From positions 38,630-102,629 of the forward strand of contig JAJFFB010000043.1 in the NCBI GenBank assembly GCA_021776925.1: a stretch of DNA of 64,000 bases. The letters are read 5' to 3'. This DNA is from Planctomycetota bacterium. GTDB taxonomy: Bacteria; Planctomycetota; UBA1135. A program made the position numbers and the translations under genes. The notes beneath the pieces are model-generated. The model did no database searches, was not told the DNA's origin, and saw only the letters and a list, made by a program, of their open reading frames with translations. Each line of letters starts with the position of its first letter. Position 1 is the first letter of the stretch. This document shows, piece after piece, positions 1 to 10,878 of this stretch.

Positions 1-633
1 GATGCGGATCGGCACTGGATCGGCGCCAGCGGCCGGGTAGTCCGATAGCAGCGGCAAGGGCTGCAAGCGTCGCCCCAGGATTGCTGCGAGTTCGCGCGCG
101 AATCCATAATGCCCCCACAGATCGGGGCGGTGGGTCAGCGACTTGTTGTCGAGTTCCAGCACCGGGTCGAGCAGTCCGAGTTCTTCGGCCAGCGAGCGCC
201 CGACCTCGGCGTCGCAAGCCAGTTCCAGAATCCCGGCCTGGTCATCGGATAACTCGAGTTCGCGCCCGGAGCAGATCATGCCGTGCGAGGCTTCGCCGCG
301 CAGTTTGGCCTTTTTGATCTTGAGTCCCCCCGGCAGCACGCAGCCCACCGGAGCAAAGGCGATTTTCTGTCCCTGGCGCACGTTGGAGGCGCCGCAGACA
401 ACCGGCACGGTCTGCTCGGCGCCGAAATCAACCTGGGTCAACGAGAGCTTGTCGGCGGCGGGATGAGGCGCGCATTCGACGACTTCGCCAACCACCAGCG
501 GACGCAACTCGGCACCGTATTCTTCGACGCCCTCAACCTCGGCGGTATGCATCGACAACAAATCGGCGACCTGTTGCGGCGTGTGATCGGAGAGATCGAC
601 GAAATCGCCCAGCCAGTTCAGCGAGATCTTCAT
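1..633 (-). CDS. pheT: phenylalanine--tRNA ligase beta subunit, N-terminal part (continues past left edge)
   Basis: Open-ended minus frame with ATG at 633-631; absent from the ORF track because it runs off the edge. My translation MKISLNWLGDFVDLSDHTPQQVADLLSMHTAEVEGV... fits the PheT N-terminus and tRNA-binding domain. Starts 5 nt after the pheS stop. Confidence 0.9.
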   Translation of the reverse strand, partial: MKISLNWLGDFVDLSDHTPQQVADLLSMHTAEVEGVEEYGAELRPLVVGEVVECAPHPAADKLSLTQVDFGAEQTVPVVCGASNVRQGQKIAFAPVGCVLPGGLKIKKAKLRGEASHGMICSGRELELSDDQAGILELACDAEVGRSLAEELGLLDPVLELDNKSLTHRPDLWGHYGFARELAAILGRRLQPLPLLSDYPAAGADPVPIRI

Positions 634-638
634 GGGGG

Positions 639-1688
639 TCAGGGGTGGAACTGGCGCAGGAAAGAAAGAGAACCGCTCATCAGCCAGCGGATGTCATCGA
701 TGCCGTAACGCAGCATGACGATGCGCGACAGGCCGAGTCCGAAGGCATAGCCGCTGAATTCCTCTGGGTCGACGTCGCAAGCACGCAGCACGTTGGGGTG
801 GACCAGGCCGCCGGGCATCAACTCGATCCAGGTGCTGTTCTTGCACACTCCGCAGCCGCTCTTGCAGAAAGGGCAGCGCGCATCCAGTTCGAAGCCGGGC
901 TCGACGAATGGGAAGAAGCCGGGCCGCAAGCGCGTTTCCAGCTTGCGCCCCATGACGCCCTCGATCAGGGTGTTCATCGCGTGCAGCATGTGCGGCACGC
1001 CGACTCCGCGATCGACCACCAGGCCTTCCATCTGGTGGAAGGTGTGCTCGTGAGTCGCGTCGAGGCTTTCCTGGCGGTACACACGGCCGGGCGCAACCAC
1101 CCGCAAGGGCGCGCCGAAACGCCGCAAGGCCCGCACCTGCACAGGCGAGGTGTGGGTGCGCAGCACCACTCCCTGTTTCCCTGCACCACGCTGATCCGGT
1201 GGTGTGATCCAGATGGTGTCGTGCGACTCGCGCGCCGGATGGTCGGCGGGAATGTTGAGCGCATCGAAATTGAGCTCTTCAAGCTCGACCTCCGGACCGT
1301 CGGCGATCTGGAAGCCCATCGACTGGAACAGGTCCTCGAGGTCCCGGGAAACCTGATTGACCGGATGCACCCCGCCGCCGGGAAGGGGATCCCCGGGCAG
1401 GGTGGCGTCGAAGCCGTCGGCTTCGAGTTCAGCGGCCATCGCCAAGGCTTGCAGGTCGCTGCGGCGTGCCTGCAGGGCCTCGGCCAGCCCCTGCTTCACC
1501 TCGTTGGCAAGCTGGCCGAGCAGCGGACGCTCGGCCGCGGGCAGCGTGCCAAGACTCTTGAGCACGCTGGTGATTTCGCCTTTGCGCCCGAGCAGGCGCA
1601 CCTCGATCGCGCGCAGACCTTCCTCGGCCTCGGCCTGCTGAATGGCAGCAAGCCCTTGGCTTTGAAGTTCCTCCAGACGGTCACGCAT
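639..1688 (-). CDS. pheS: phenylalanine--tRNA ligase alpha subunit
   Basis: 349-aa ORF with class II aaRS PheS motifs (ADHPARESHDT, FFPFVEPGFELD, GLGLSRIVMLRYGIDDIR). GGAGG lies about 8 nt upstream of the ATG. Canonical position before pheT. Confidence 0.97.
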   Translation of the reverse strand: MRDRLEELQSQGLAAIQQAEAEEGLRAIEVRLLGRKGEITSVLKSLGTLPAAERPLLGQLANEVKQGLAEALQARRSDLQALAMAAELEADGFDATLPGDPLPGGGVHPVNQVSRDLEDLFQSMGFQIADGPEVELEELNFDALNIPADHPARESHDTIWITPPDQRGAGKQGVVLRTHTSPVQVRALRRFGAPLRVVAPGRVYRQESLDATHEHTFHQMEGLVVDRGVGVPHMLHAMNTLIEGVMGRKLETRLRPGFFPFVEPGFELDARCPFCKSGCGVCKNSTWIELMPGGLVHPNVLRACDVDPEEFSGYAFGLGLSRIVMLRYGIDDIRWLMSGSLSFLRQFHP

Positions 1689-1715
1689 GGCGCGTTACCT
1701 CCGGCGGGACCGGGA

Positions 1716-2075
1716 TCAGGCCGCCACCGCGGCTTTGGCCACCTCGGCCACCGCGGAAAAGACTGCAGGATCGTGGAAGGCCAGCTCGGAAAGGGCCTTG
1801 CGGTCGATATCGACGCCGGCCTTTTTGCAGCCGTGGATGAACTTGGAATAGCTCATGCCGTTGGCGCGCGAGGCAGCGTTGATGCGCTGGATCCACAGGC
1901 GGCGGAATTCGCGCTTGCGCACCCGGCGGTCGCGATAAGCGAAATTGCCGGCGCGAAGCAGCGTTTCCTTGACGGTGCGGAGCAGACGGTGACGAGCGCC
2001 CCAAAAGCCTTTGGCGCGCCTCATCAGGCGGCGGCGGCGGCGGACGCGGGGAACGACGTTACGTGCGCGAGTCAT
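1716..2075 (-). CDS. rplT: 50S ribosomal protein L20
   Basis: 119 aa. Basic L20 signature [15 protein letters not shown]...[23 protein letters not shown]. Sits in the infC-rpmI-rplT context. Confidence 0.97.
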   Translation of the reverse strand: MTRARNVVPRVRRRRRLMRRAKGFWGARHRLLRTVKETLLRAGNFAYRDRRVRKREFRRLWIQRINAASRANGMSYSKFIHGCKKAGVDIDRKALSELAFHDPAVFSAVAEVAKAAVAA

Positions 2076-2124
2076 CTAGCTTTCCTCCTCAGGTTTGCGT
2101 GGTCCGGAACTGGACGGAATCGGA

Positions 2125-2319
2125 CTAGGCCCCCATCAGCCGCCTATAGGTGGCTGCCAACTTGCCTACTACAAGGCCGGAGCGGCGTAATCGCCGACGG
2201 CGCTTGGAGCTCTTGGGGGAAAGGAGGTGACGCGTGGCCTGGTGGCCGCGTTTGACCTTGCCGGTCTTCGTCAACTTGATGCGCTTGGCGATCGATTTTC
2301 TGGTTTTCTGCTTGGGCAC
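2125..2319 (-). CDS. rpmI: 50S ribosomal protein L35
   Basis: The track ORF is 87 aa, but the conserved L35 N-terminus PKQKTRKSIAKRIKLTKTGKVKRG begins at an internal GTG (2319-2317). That gives a normal 64-aa protein. Confidence 0.9.
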   Translation of the reverse strand: MPKQKTRKSIAKRIKLTKTGKVKRGHQATRHLLSPKSSKRRRRLRRSGLVVGKLAATYRRLMGA

Positions 2320-2384
2320 GACTGTCACACGTGGCTTGGGTCCAAGAATGGAAGCGGAAGATTCTACCCGGACGACCGGGCGGG

Positions 2385-3134
2385 TCAAGCCTCGGAGCCT
2401 TCTTCCCGCTTTTCGACGACTTCGGAGGCCTCGGCAGGCTCCTCAGCTTCGTCGGTGGAAAGAACCTCAGGGTCACCCTCGGGGGTGTCGCCCTCGGTCG
2501 GTTCGTCCTCGGGGGGGTGGTCCTCGGCCGTATCCAGCGGCGGAATCCCCAGGCCCACCTCAAGACCGGTGTCCGGATCGAGGTGGTGGTCCTCGGCGCG
2601 GTCTTCGACGACGCGGTCTTCGACCGGCTTGGCCTTGGGCACATAGCCCGGACGGCGGGTCAGCAACAGGTTCATGCGCCGCCCTTCCATGCGCGGATCA
2701 CGGTCGAGGCGGGCGATGTCTTCGAGCAGTTCGACCACCCGCATCAGCACCGCGCGGCCCAGGTTCTGGTAGGCCATCTCGCGGCCACGGAAGAGGCAGG
2801 TGACCTGCACTTTGTGCCCGGCGTCGAGGAACTCGCGCGCCTTGCGCACCTTGATCTCGACGTCGTGGACGTCGATCTTGGGGCGCACGCGGATCTCTTT
2901 GAGAACCGAAGAATGCGACTTGGGCTTGCCGCGGGCCTTTTTCTTCTGCTCGTACTTGAACTTGCCGTAGTCGAGGATGCGGCATACGGGAGGCCGCGCA
3001 TTGGGCGCGACCTCGACCAGGTCAAGGCCGGCGACCTCGGCCATTTTCAAGGCCTTGGCGGTCGGCATCGCGCCGACCTGGTTGCCTTCTGCATCGATCA
3101 GAAAGACTTCACGAATCCGGATCCTTCGGTTGAT
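2385..3134 (-). CDS. infC: translation initiation factor IF-3 with non-canonical start and acidic C-terminal extension
   Basis: IF3 core is present (PPVCRILDYGKFKYEQKKK, VQVTCLFRGREMAYQNLG). The conserved N-terminus YRINRRIRIREVFLIDAEGNQVGA lies in frame upstream of the first ATG (3068). There is no ATG/GTG/TTG back to the in-frame stop at 3258-3260. Coordinates here use ATC 3134-3132; ATA 3188-3186 and ATT 3116-3114 are alternatives. Confidence 0.85.
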   Translation of the reverse strand: MNRRIRIREVFLIDAEGNQVGAMPTAKALKMAEVAGLDLVEVAPNARPPVCRILDYGKFKYEQKKKARGKPKSHSSVLKEIRVRPKIDVHDVEIKVRKAREFLDAGHKVQVTCLFRGREMAYQNLGRAVLMRVVELLEDIARLDRDPRMEGRRMNLLLTRRPGYVPKAKPVEDRVVEDRAEDHHLDPDTGLEVGLGIPPLDTAEDHPPEDEPTEGDTPEGDPEVLSTDEAEEPAEASEVVEKREEGSEA

Positions 3135-3192
3135 CCGGTATTTTTCCCTCTCAGGAGGTCCGAAACGGCGTCTGCGACGAGGTGGTATGGGC

Positions 3193-5037
3193 TTAGCTGG
3201 GTTGGGAGGCCGTTCCGGCCTCGGCTTGGGATGTCGACGGGTCGCTCGGCAGGGCGCTCAGCGCCAGACCGAGTTCTTGCAATTGCTCCTCATCAACCGG
3301 AGCGGGCGCTTCGGTCAAGGGGCAGGAACCCGTCGCGGTCTTGGGGAAGGCAATGACGTCGCGGATCGAATCGGCGCCGAACAACAGGCAGTAGAGCCGG
3401 TCGAGGCCGATGGCGAAGCCGCCGTGCGGAGGCGCGCCGAAACGGAATGCCTCGAGCAGATGGTGGAAGCGCCGCTGGGCCTCTGCGGGGTCGAGGCCGA
3501 TGGCGCTGAACACGCTTTGCTGCAGTTCGCGATCGTGGATCCGGATCGAGCCGGAACCCAGTTCGACGCCGTTCAACACCAGGTCGTAGGCGCGCGAGCG
3601 CACCCCTTCTTTGACGCCCTTTTGCAGCAGGGGGATGTCGGCGCTCACCGGCGCGGTGAAGGGATGGTGGGCGGGTGCCCAGACGCCGTCGTCGAACTCT
3701 TCGAACAGCGGAAACTCGGTGATCCACAACAGGCGGTCGGGGCCCTGCACCAGATCGAGCAGCTCGCCGGCGCGGCGGCGCACCGCGTCGAGGGCGACCA
3801 GAGCGCGCCGCGGGGCGTCGGCGAGGGTCACCAGCAGGTCGCCGACCTGGCCGCCGAGGGCTTCGATGAAGGCTGCTCCGCTCGGTTCTTTGAGGAAGCG
3901 GCTGAGCGGTCCGGTAGGGCCGTCGGCGCCGATCTTGCACCAGGCCGCGCCGCCGGCACCGGCGTCTTTGGCGGCCTGTTCGATCGAATCGATCTGTTTG
4001 CGGCTGAGTTCGGCACCGCCTGGGAGGCGGATACCCCGTACCCAGCCACCCTTGGCGAGGACTGTGTCGAAGACGCCGAAGCCGAGCTGGCCGGCGGGGC
4101 CGGGCTGCTCGGGGGAACCCGCCAGGTCGACGACCTCGAGCGGGTTGCGCAGATCGGGCTTGTCGCTGGCGTAGCGCGCGATCGCCTCGGCGTGTGGCAG
4201 GCGCTCGAAGGGGGTGGGCAGCTCCTCGCCGCGCAGATCGCTGTACAGCGCCACCATGACCCGTTCGACCAGCTGCAGGACCTCGTCTTCTTCGACGAAG
4301 GACATTTCCATGTCGAGCTGGGTGAACTCGGGCTGGCGGTCGGCGCGCAGGTCCTCGTCGCGCAGGCAGCGTGCGATCTGGAAATACTTGTCGAGCCCCC
4401 CCACCATGCACAATTGCTTGAACACCTGCGGCGACTGCGGCAGTGCGTACCAGCTGCCCGGGCGCGAACGGCTGGGCACCAGATAGTCACGCGCGCCCTC
4501 GGGGGTGGAGCGCGTGAGCAGCGGGGTTTCGATCTCGAGGAAATCGTTTTCGATCAGGGTGGAACGGATCGAGTGATTGGCCTGGGTGCGCAATTCGAAC
4601 ATACGACGGACCGGAGGCCGGCGCAGATCGAGGTAGCGGTATTCCAGACGCAAGATCTCGGGGACATCCAGTTCATCCTGGATCTCAAAAGGAAGACGCT
4701 CGGCGCGCGACAGGGTGACCAATTTGTCGACCACGACTTCCACGTCACCGGTCGGCCGCTCAGGATTGCGATTGGCCTCGTCGCGCAGGCGTACCCGCCC
4801 ATACACCTGGATCACGTACTCCGGGTGCAGCTTGCGCAAGGCCTGGTCGATGCCGCCGCTGGCGTCTTCGTCAGCAACCAGCTGGATCAGACCGCGGCGA
4901 TCGCGCAGGTCGACGAAGGCCACCGCGCCGTGGTCACGGCGGTTGGCAACCCAGCCGCACAGCACCACCTCGGCGCCGGCATCGCCGCCTCGAAGCTCAC
5001 CGCAAGCGTGGGTCCGCCAGGAAGCGGACCGACTCAT
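3193..5037 (-). CDS. aspS: aspartate--tRNA ligase
   Basis: 614 aa with bacterial AspRS motifs (FVDLRDRRGLIQLV, QSPQVFKQL, CLRDEDLRADRQPEFTQLD, GGFAIGLDRL). The ATG overlaps the atpC stop (ATGA at 5034-5037). Confidence 0.96.
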   Translation of the reverse strand: MSRSASWRTHACGELRGGDAGAEVVLCGWVANRRDHGAVAFVDLRDRRGLIQLVADEDASGGIDQALRKLHPEYVIQVYGRVRLRDEANRNPERPTGDVEVVVDKLVTLSRAERLPFEIQDELDVPEILRLEYRYLDLRRPPVRRMFELRTQANHSIRSTLIENDFLEIETPLLTRSTPEGARDYLVPSRSRPGSWYALPQSPQVFKQLCMVGGLDKYFQIARCLRDEDLRADRQPEFTQLDMEMSFVEEDEVLQLVERVMVALYSDLRGEELPTPFERLPHAEAIARYASDKPDLRNPLEVVDLAGSPEQPGPAGQLGFGVFDTVLAKGGWVRGIRLPGGAELSRKQIDSIEQAAKDAGAGGAAWCKIGADGPTGPLSRFLKEPSGAAFIEALGGQVGDLLVTLADAPRRALVALDAVRRRAGELLDLVQGPDRLLWITEFPLFEEFDDGVWAPAHHPFTAPVSADIPLLQKGVKEGVRSRAYDLVLNGVELGSGSIRIHDRELQQSVFSAIGLDPAEAQRRFHHLLEAFRFGAPPHGGFAIGLDRLYCLLFGADSIRDVIAFPKTATGSCPLTEAPAPVDEEQLQELGLALSALPSDPSTSQAEAGTASQPS

Positions 5038-5444
5038 CGGCGACGGGCGAGGCGTTCGCGCAAGAGTGCGCGCCGCAGGGCCATCTGGGCCCGGACCAGG
5101 TCGACCTCGGACTTGTGCGCCAGCAGCCGCTCGCGCGCGCGCTCGACCGCGCGTTCGGCACGGTCCAGGTCGATTTCCTCGGGCTTCTCAGCCGACCGCG
5201 TCAGCACCGTCACCTGGTTGTCCTGCACTTGGGCGAAGCCGTCGTGGATCAGGAGTTCGACCTCTTCGCCGGCGCTGTTGCGCGCCCGCAACACGCCGCT
5301 TTCGGTCAGCGCGGTCATCGCAGCGTGCCGCGGCAGGAGGCCATAGAGGCCGTCCTCGCCGGGGAACTGCACGCTGGCAGCCTCGGTCTCGAGCAGCACG
5401 CCTTGCGGCGAAACTACTTTCAGATTCAGGGTGCTGGTGCTCAC
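5034..5444 (-). CDS. atpC: F0F1 ATP synthase subunit epsilon
   Basis: 136 aa. Epsilon-like N-terminal beta sandwich (LNLKVVSPQGVLLETEA...) and helical C-terminus. Lies immediately downstream of atpD. Confidence 0.93.
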   Translation of the reverse strand: MSTSTLNLKVVSPQGVLLETEAASVQFPGEDGLYGLLPRHAAMTALTESGVLRARNSAGEEVELLIHDGFAQVQDNQVTVLTRSAEKPEEIDLDRAERAVERARERLLAHKSEVDLVRAQMALRRALLRERLARRR

Positions 5445-5455
5445 GTGGCCTGATT

Positions 5456-6883
<1,428 letters not shown>

Positions 6884-6902
6884 TCAGACTGGTTGCGGCG
6901 GA

Positions 6903-7784
6903 TCAGAGGGCTTCCGCACCGGAGACGATCTCGGAGATCTCCGAAGTGATCTTGGCTTGACGGGCGCGGTTGTAGACGCGCGTGATTTCCTTCTTCATGT
7001 CGCCGGCGGCGTCGGTCGCGTTCTTCATCGCGAAGCGGCGCGAGGCGTACTCACTGGTAATGGCCTCGAGCATGGCGTGGTAGACGCTGGTCTCGAGGTA
7101 GCGCGGGATCAGTCGACCCAGCACCTGCGGGCCGCTGGGTTCCAGCAGCGCATCGCCGACCCTGGGGCCGTCGCCGGCGGGCGGCGTAATCGGCAGGAAT
7201 GACGCCACCTGCGGGTCGTACTTGACCATCGAGCGGAACTTGGTGAAGGCAATCTCGACGGTGCTGATTTCACCGGCGCGGAACGCCGCTACCAGCATCG
7301 CGGAGACCGACGCGGCCTCCATGAATGTGATGCGCTCGAGATTGAGTTGGTCGAGGTAGGCGGCGACCGGGTGGCCGCTGCGGGTGGCGTGGTCGATCGC
7401 TTTGCGGCCCACCACATAGAGCTTGTAAGCCCGCCCTTCGGCCTTGAGGGCGTCGATGCGTTCGTCCAGGCAGCGCTGGATGTTGCTGTTGTAGGCCCCG
7501 CACAAACCGCGGTCGGAACCGATCGCGAGCAGGGCGGCGGGCGCCTCGGAGCTGCCGGGGGCAAACAGCGGCGCGGCGTCTCCGGCGGCCTCGGGATTCG
7601 ACGCCACCGCCCCGGCCAGTTTGCGCACCATCTCTTCGATGTTGTGCGTGTAGGGCTGGGCGGCGACCGTGTGCCCCTGGAAACGGCGCAGCTTGGTCGT
7701 CGCCACCATTTCCATGGCGCCAGTAATCTTCTGGATATTACTGACGCTGGTGATGCGCTGGCGAAGGTCGCGGATGTTGGCCAC
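6903..7784 (-). CDS. atpG: F0F1 ATP synthase subunit gamma
   Basis: 293 aa. Gamma N-terminus MANIRDLRQRITSVSNIQKITGAMEMVATTKLRR and C-terminus ITSEISEIVSGAEAL. Confidence 0.97.
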   Translation of the reverse strand: MANIRDLRQRITSVSNIQKITGAMEMVATTKLRRFQGHTVAAQPYTHNIEEMVRKLAGAVASNPEAAGDAAPLFAPGSSEAPAALLAIGSDRGLCGAYNSNIQRCLDERIDALKAEGRAYKLYVVGRKAIDHATRSGHPVAAYLDQLNLERITFMEAASVSAMLVAAFRAGEISTVEIAFTKFRSMVKYDPQVASFLPITPPAGDGPRVGDALLEPSGPQVLGRLIPRYLETSVYHAMLEAITSEYASRRFAMKNATDAAGDMKKEITRVYNRARQAKITSEISEIVSGAEAL

Positions 7785-7817
7785 GGGTCTAGCTGCGTTT
7801 CGTTTGGGGAAACCGGA

Positions 7818-9392
7818 TCAACCGGCGTATTGGGACCGGTACTGGTCGGCGGCAGCCTTGACCTGAGCTTCGATCTCCTCGCTCCACTTGGTCTTCCAGC
7901 CGTTGAGTTCGGCGATCAGATCCGGCTGGGTCGAGTTCACGAAATCGACAAATCCCTCGACGAAGTCGGGCACCTGGTCGACCGCGATTTCGTCCATCAT
8001 GCCGGAGGTGCCGGCGTAGATCGAGACGATCTGGTCGGCGTTGACCAGCGGTTTGTACTGCCCCTGCTTGAGCACCTCGACCAGGCGTGCGCCGCGGCTG
8101 AGGGTCTGCTGGGTGGCGGCGTCGAGGTCGGAGCCGAACTGGGCAAAGGCCTCGAGTTCGCGGAACTGCGCCAGGTTGATGCGCAGACCGCCAGCGACCT
8201 TTTTCATCGCCGGGGTCTGGGCCGCACCGCCGACGCGCGACACCGAGATGCCGACGTTCACCGCCGGACGCACGCCGGAGTAGAACAGGTTGGCCTCGAG
8301 GAAGATCTGACCATCGGTGATCGAGATCACGTTGGTCGGAATGTACGCCGAAACGTCGCCTTCCTGGGTTTCAACCACCGGCAGTGAGGTGATCGAACCG
8401 CCACCCTTGCTGTACTTTTCGGGGCTGATGTCGGTGGCGGTCTTGGACACTTTGGCCGAGCGCTCCAGCAACCGGCTGTGCAGGTTGAAGATGTCGCCGG
8501 GGTAGGCTTCGCGGCCGGGCGGGCGGCGCAGCAGCAGCATCACCTGGCGATAGGCGTAGGCCTGCTTGGTGAGGTCGTCGTAGGCGATCAGCACGTGGCG
8601 GCCGGCGTCGCGGAAGCGCTCGGCCATCGCGGTGCCGGAGTACGGCGAGATGAACTGCATCGACGCCTCTTCGGAAGCCGCGGCGTTGACGATGATCGTG
8701 TACGGCATCGCGCCGGATTCCTCCAGGCGGCGCAGCACCTCGACCACGGTCGACTGCTTCTGGCCGGTGGCGACGTAGACGCACAGCACCTGCTCGGGAT
8801 TGTTCGGATCCCCGCCGCCGGTGTTCTTCTGGTTGATGATCGCGTCGAGGATCAGCGCGGTCTTGCCGGTCTGACGGTCGCCGATGATCAGTTCGCGCTG
8901 GCCGCGGCCGACCGGGATCATGGCGTCGATCGCCTTGATGCCGGTGGACATCGGTTCGGACACCGGCTCGCGTTCGACCACCGAGGGCGCGGTCTGTTCG
9001 ATCGGGCGCAGATCGTCGTCGGTGGCGCCGGTCGGGCCCTTGCCGTCGAGCGGCTGGCCGAGGGCGTTGACCACGCGGCCGAGCATGGCGTCGCCGGTCG
9101 GCACCGAGATGATGCGTCCGGTGCTCTTGACCGTGTCGCCTTCCTTGACGGAAGCGGCGTTGCCGAGCAGCACGCAGCCGACGTTGTCCTCTTCCAGGTT
9201 CAGGGCCATGCCCATCACCCCGTCCGGGAATTCGATCAGCTCGGACATCATGCAGTCTTCGAGGCCGTAGACGCGGGCGACGCCGTCGCCGACCTGCAGG
9301 ACCTGGCCGACCTTGGCGGTCGAGGCGGAGGCCTCGAAGCCTTCGATTTCCTGCTTCAGGACCGCAGTGACTTCAGAGGGTTGGAGTTCCAT
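7818..9392 (-). CDS. atpA: F0F1 ATP synthase subunit alpha
   Basis: 524 aa. Walker A GDRQTGKT. Conserved alpha sequence ([30 protein letters not shown]). Confidence 0.99.
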   Translation of the reverse strand: MELQPSEVTAVLKQEIEGFEASASTAKVGQVLQVGDGVARVYGLEDCMMSELIEFPDGVMGMALNLEEDNVGCVLLGNAASVKEGDTVKSTGRIISVPTGDAMLGRVVNALGQPLDGKGPTGATDDDLRPIEQTAPSVVEREPVSEPMSTGIKAIDAMIPVGRGQRELIIGDRQTGKTALILDAIINQKNTGGGDPNNPEQVLCVYVATGQKQSTVVEVLRRLEESGAMPYTIIVNAAASEEASMQFISPYSGTAMAERFRDAGRHVLIAYDDLTKQAYAYRQVMLLLRRPPGREAYPGDIFNLHSRLLERSAKVSKTATDISPEKYSKGGGSITSLPVVETQEGDVSAYIPTNVISITDGQIFLEANLFYSGVRPAVNVGISVSRVGGAAQTPAMKKVAGGLRINLAQFRELEAFAQFGSDLDAATQQTLSRGARLVEVLKQGQYKPLVNADQIVSIYAGTSGMMDEIAVDQVPDFVEGFVDFVNSTQPDLIAELNGWKTKWSEEIEAQVKAAADQYRSQYAG

Positions 9393-9413
9393 GATTCGGT
9401 ATTGGGCGTAGAA

Positions 9414-9971
9414 CTAGCCGATGTCGGCGCTGGCGAGCCGGGTGCGGAGTGCGTCCAGGCGGCCCCGTGCGGAGCCGTCGAAGCGGGTGCCGGAAAGGGT
9501 GACGCGGATCCCCCCCAGCAGTTCTTCCACCACTTGTGGCTGCAGGCTCACCTGGCAGCCGGTACGGGCGGAAAGAGCAGATTCAATCGATTGGAGCTGC
9601 TCGGCAGCCAGCTCCTGGGCACTTTCCACGGTGCCGCGCAGGCGGCCCTCGTGGGTGTCGAGCAGGGCCTCGAAGGCGGCCGGGATTTCGACCAGGACAG
9701 CAAGCCGATTGCGCTTCGCAACCACCTCGAGCAGCGCTTGGATACGCCTGTGCAGGTCGTCGGGAAGCAGTCGGGCGAGCAGCGCGCGCTTGCGCGCAAC
9801 CGGCAGGCGTGGATCGAGCAGGACCTCGCGCACATCGCCGATCCTGACCACCTGGCCGAGGCTGGTGACGCTCTCGCGGACCGCAGCGAGTTCGTCCTGA
9901 TCACGCGCCAGTTCGAACAGCGCGCGGGCGTAACGGCGAGCGGCGGCTCCGGTGTGAAGAGGCTGGCTCAT
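9414..9971 (-). CDS. atpH: F0F1 ATP synthase subunit delta (OSCP)
   Basis: 185 aa. OSCP-like (AARRYARALFELA...) and positioned between atpF and atpA. Confidence 0.9.
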   Translation of the reverse strand: MSQPLHTGAAARRYARALFELARDQDELAAVRESVTSLGQVVRIGDVREVLLDPRLPVARKRALLARLLPDDLHRRIQALLEVVAKRNRLAVLVEIPAAFEALLDTHEGRLRGTVESAQELAAEQLQSIESALSARTGCQVSLQPQVVEELLGGIRVTLSGTRFDGSARGRLDALRTRLASADIG

Positions 9972-9978
9972 GCTGGTC

Positions 9979-10548
9979 TCAGTTGGGCGAGACTTCCCGC
10001 TGGAAGTCAGCGACCAGACGCTGCTGATCGGCCTCGCTGAATTCGCGCGAGATCACCTGTTCGGCGACCTGCACCCCCAGTTCGACCGCCTCGCGGCGCA
10101 GCACCTCGCGGGCCGAAGCCAGCGCGGTTTCGATTTCGGCGCGCGCGCGGGCGCGCTCGCGTTCGGCTTCGGCCTTGGCGGCGCCGAGCAGTTCCTGCTC
10201 GCGCTCACCGGCGCGGGCCTTGGCCGCGGCAACCTGGTGTGCGGCCTCGCGGCGTGCGGCGTCGAGATCCTGCTGGATCTGGGCGCGCATGCGCTCGGTC
10301 TCCTCGCGCGCGGACTCGGCCGCCCGTGCGGAGTTACGCGAGGCCTCTTCGCGCTCTTCCAGGGCCTTGAGGATGGGCCCGAAGACAAACTTCCACATGA
10401 AGGGCAGAGCCAACAGGAAGATGACCAGCGTCCAGATGAAGGCCGACTGGCCAACCTCGAACATGGAGGAGACCCCGTTGTGGCCACCGGTTGCGGAAGT
10501 GATCAGCAGAGAATGCGGAAGCATGGCTGGATGCGTAGGGAAAGACAT
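9979..10548 (-). CDS. atpF: F0F1 ATP synthase subunit b
   Basis: 189-aa ORF with a single N-terminal TM (FIWTLVIFLLALPFMWKFVFGPI) followed by a long charged Ala/Glu/Arg coiled coil. Start uncertain because several in-frame Met codons exist. Confidence 0.88.
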   Translation of the reverse strand: MSFPTHPAMLPHSLLITSATGGHNGVSSMFEVGQSAFIWTLVIFLLALPFMWKFVFGPILKALEEREEASRNSARAAESAREETERMRAQIQQDLDAARREAAHQVAAAKARAGEREQELLGAAKAEAERERARARAEIETALASAREVLRREAVELGVQVAEQVISREFSEADQQRLVADFQREVSPN

Positions 10549-10609
10549 CAGTCCGGGCGCGCAGGCAGGCCGAAACCTGCCCGTGCGTGGCTGTCGACGA
10601 CGGCTGGCC

Positions 10610-10849
10610 CTACTTGAGGGCGAACAGCAGGCCGACCACGATGGCGAAGAAGGTCGCGCCTTCGATCAGGGCGGCGAAGATCAGGGAGCTGCCCCGGATG
10701 TCTCCGGAGGCTTCGGGCTGGCGGGCAATGGCGGAGTTGGCGTCGCCGCCGATCTTGCCGATCCCGATACCGGCGCCGATCACGGCAAGGCCAGCGCCGA
10801 CGGCGGCCATGGCCATAGAGCCACCCTCTTGGATGAGCAGGTTCAACAT
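10610..10849 (-). CDS. atpE: F0F1 ATP synthase subunit c
   Basis: Only the last 79 aa of the 319-aa track ORF are real. From ATG 10849-10847: MLNLLIQEGGSMAMAAVGAGLAVIGAGIGIGKIGGDANSAIARQPEASGDIRGSSLIFAALIEGATFFAIVVGLLFALK. This has the Gly-rich helix 1, the ARQPE loop and a carboxylate in helix 2. Confidence 0.95.
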   Translation of the reverse strand: MLNLLIQEGGSMAMAAVGAGLAVIGAGIGIGKIGGDANSAIARQPEASGDIRGSSLIFAALIEGATFFAIVVGLLFALK

Positions 10850-10878
10850 CGTTCTACAGCTTTTTTTGTTTTTTGGGT

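Noticed and set aside
645-2255. Very long antisense or out-of-frame ORFs throughout the window. Examples: 645-2255 (+), 2977-5346 (+), 8478-10040 (+), 18839-20590 (-), 40446-41729 (+), 47491-49218 (+), 56759-58036 (-), 60985-62679 (+).
   Set aside because: They lie opposite or out of frame to genes with unmistakable conserved families. Their translations are Arg/Ala/Gly/Pro-rich low-complexity sequence, typical of non-coding frames in high-G+C DNA.
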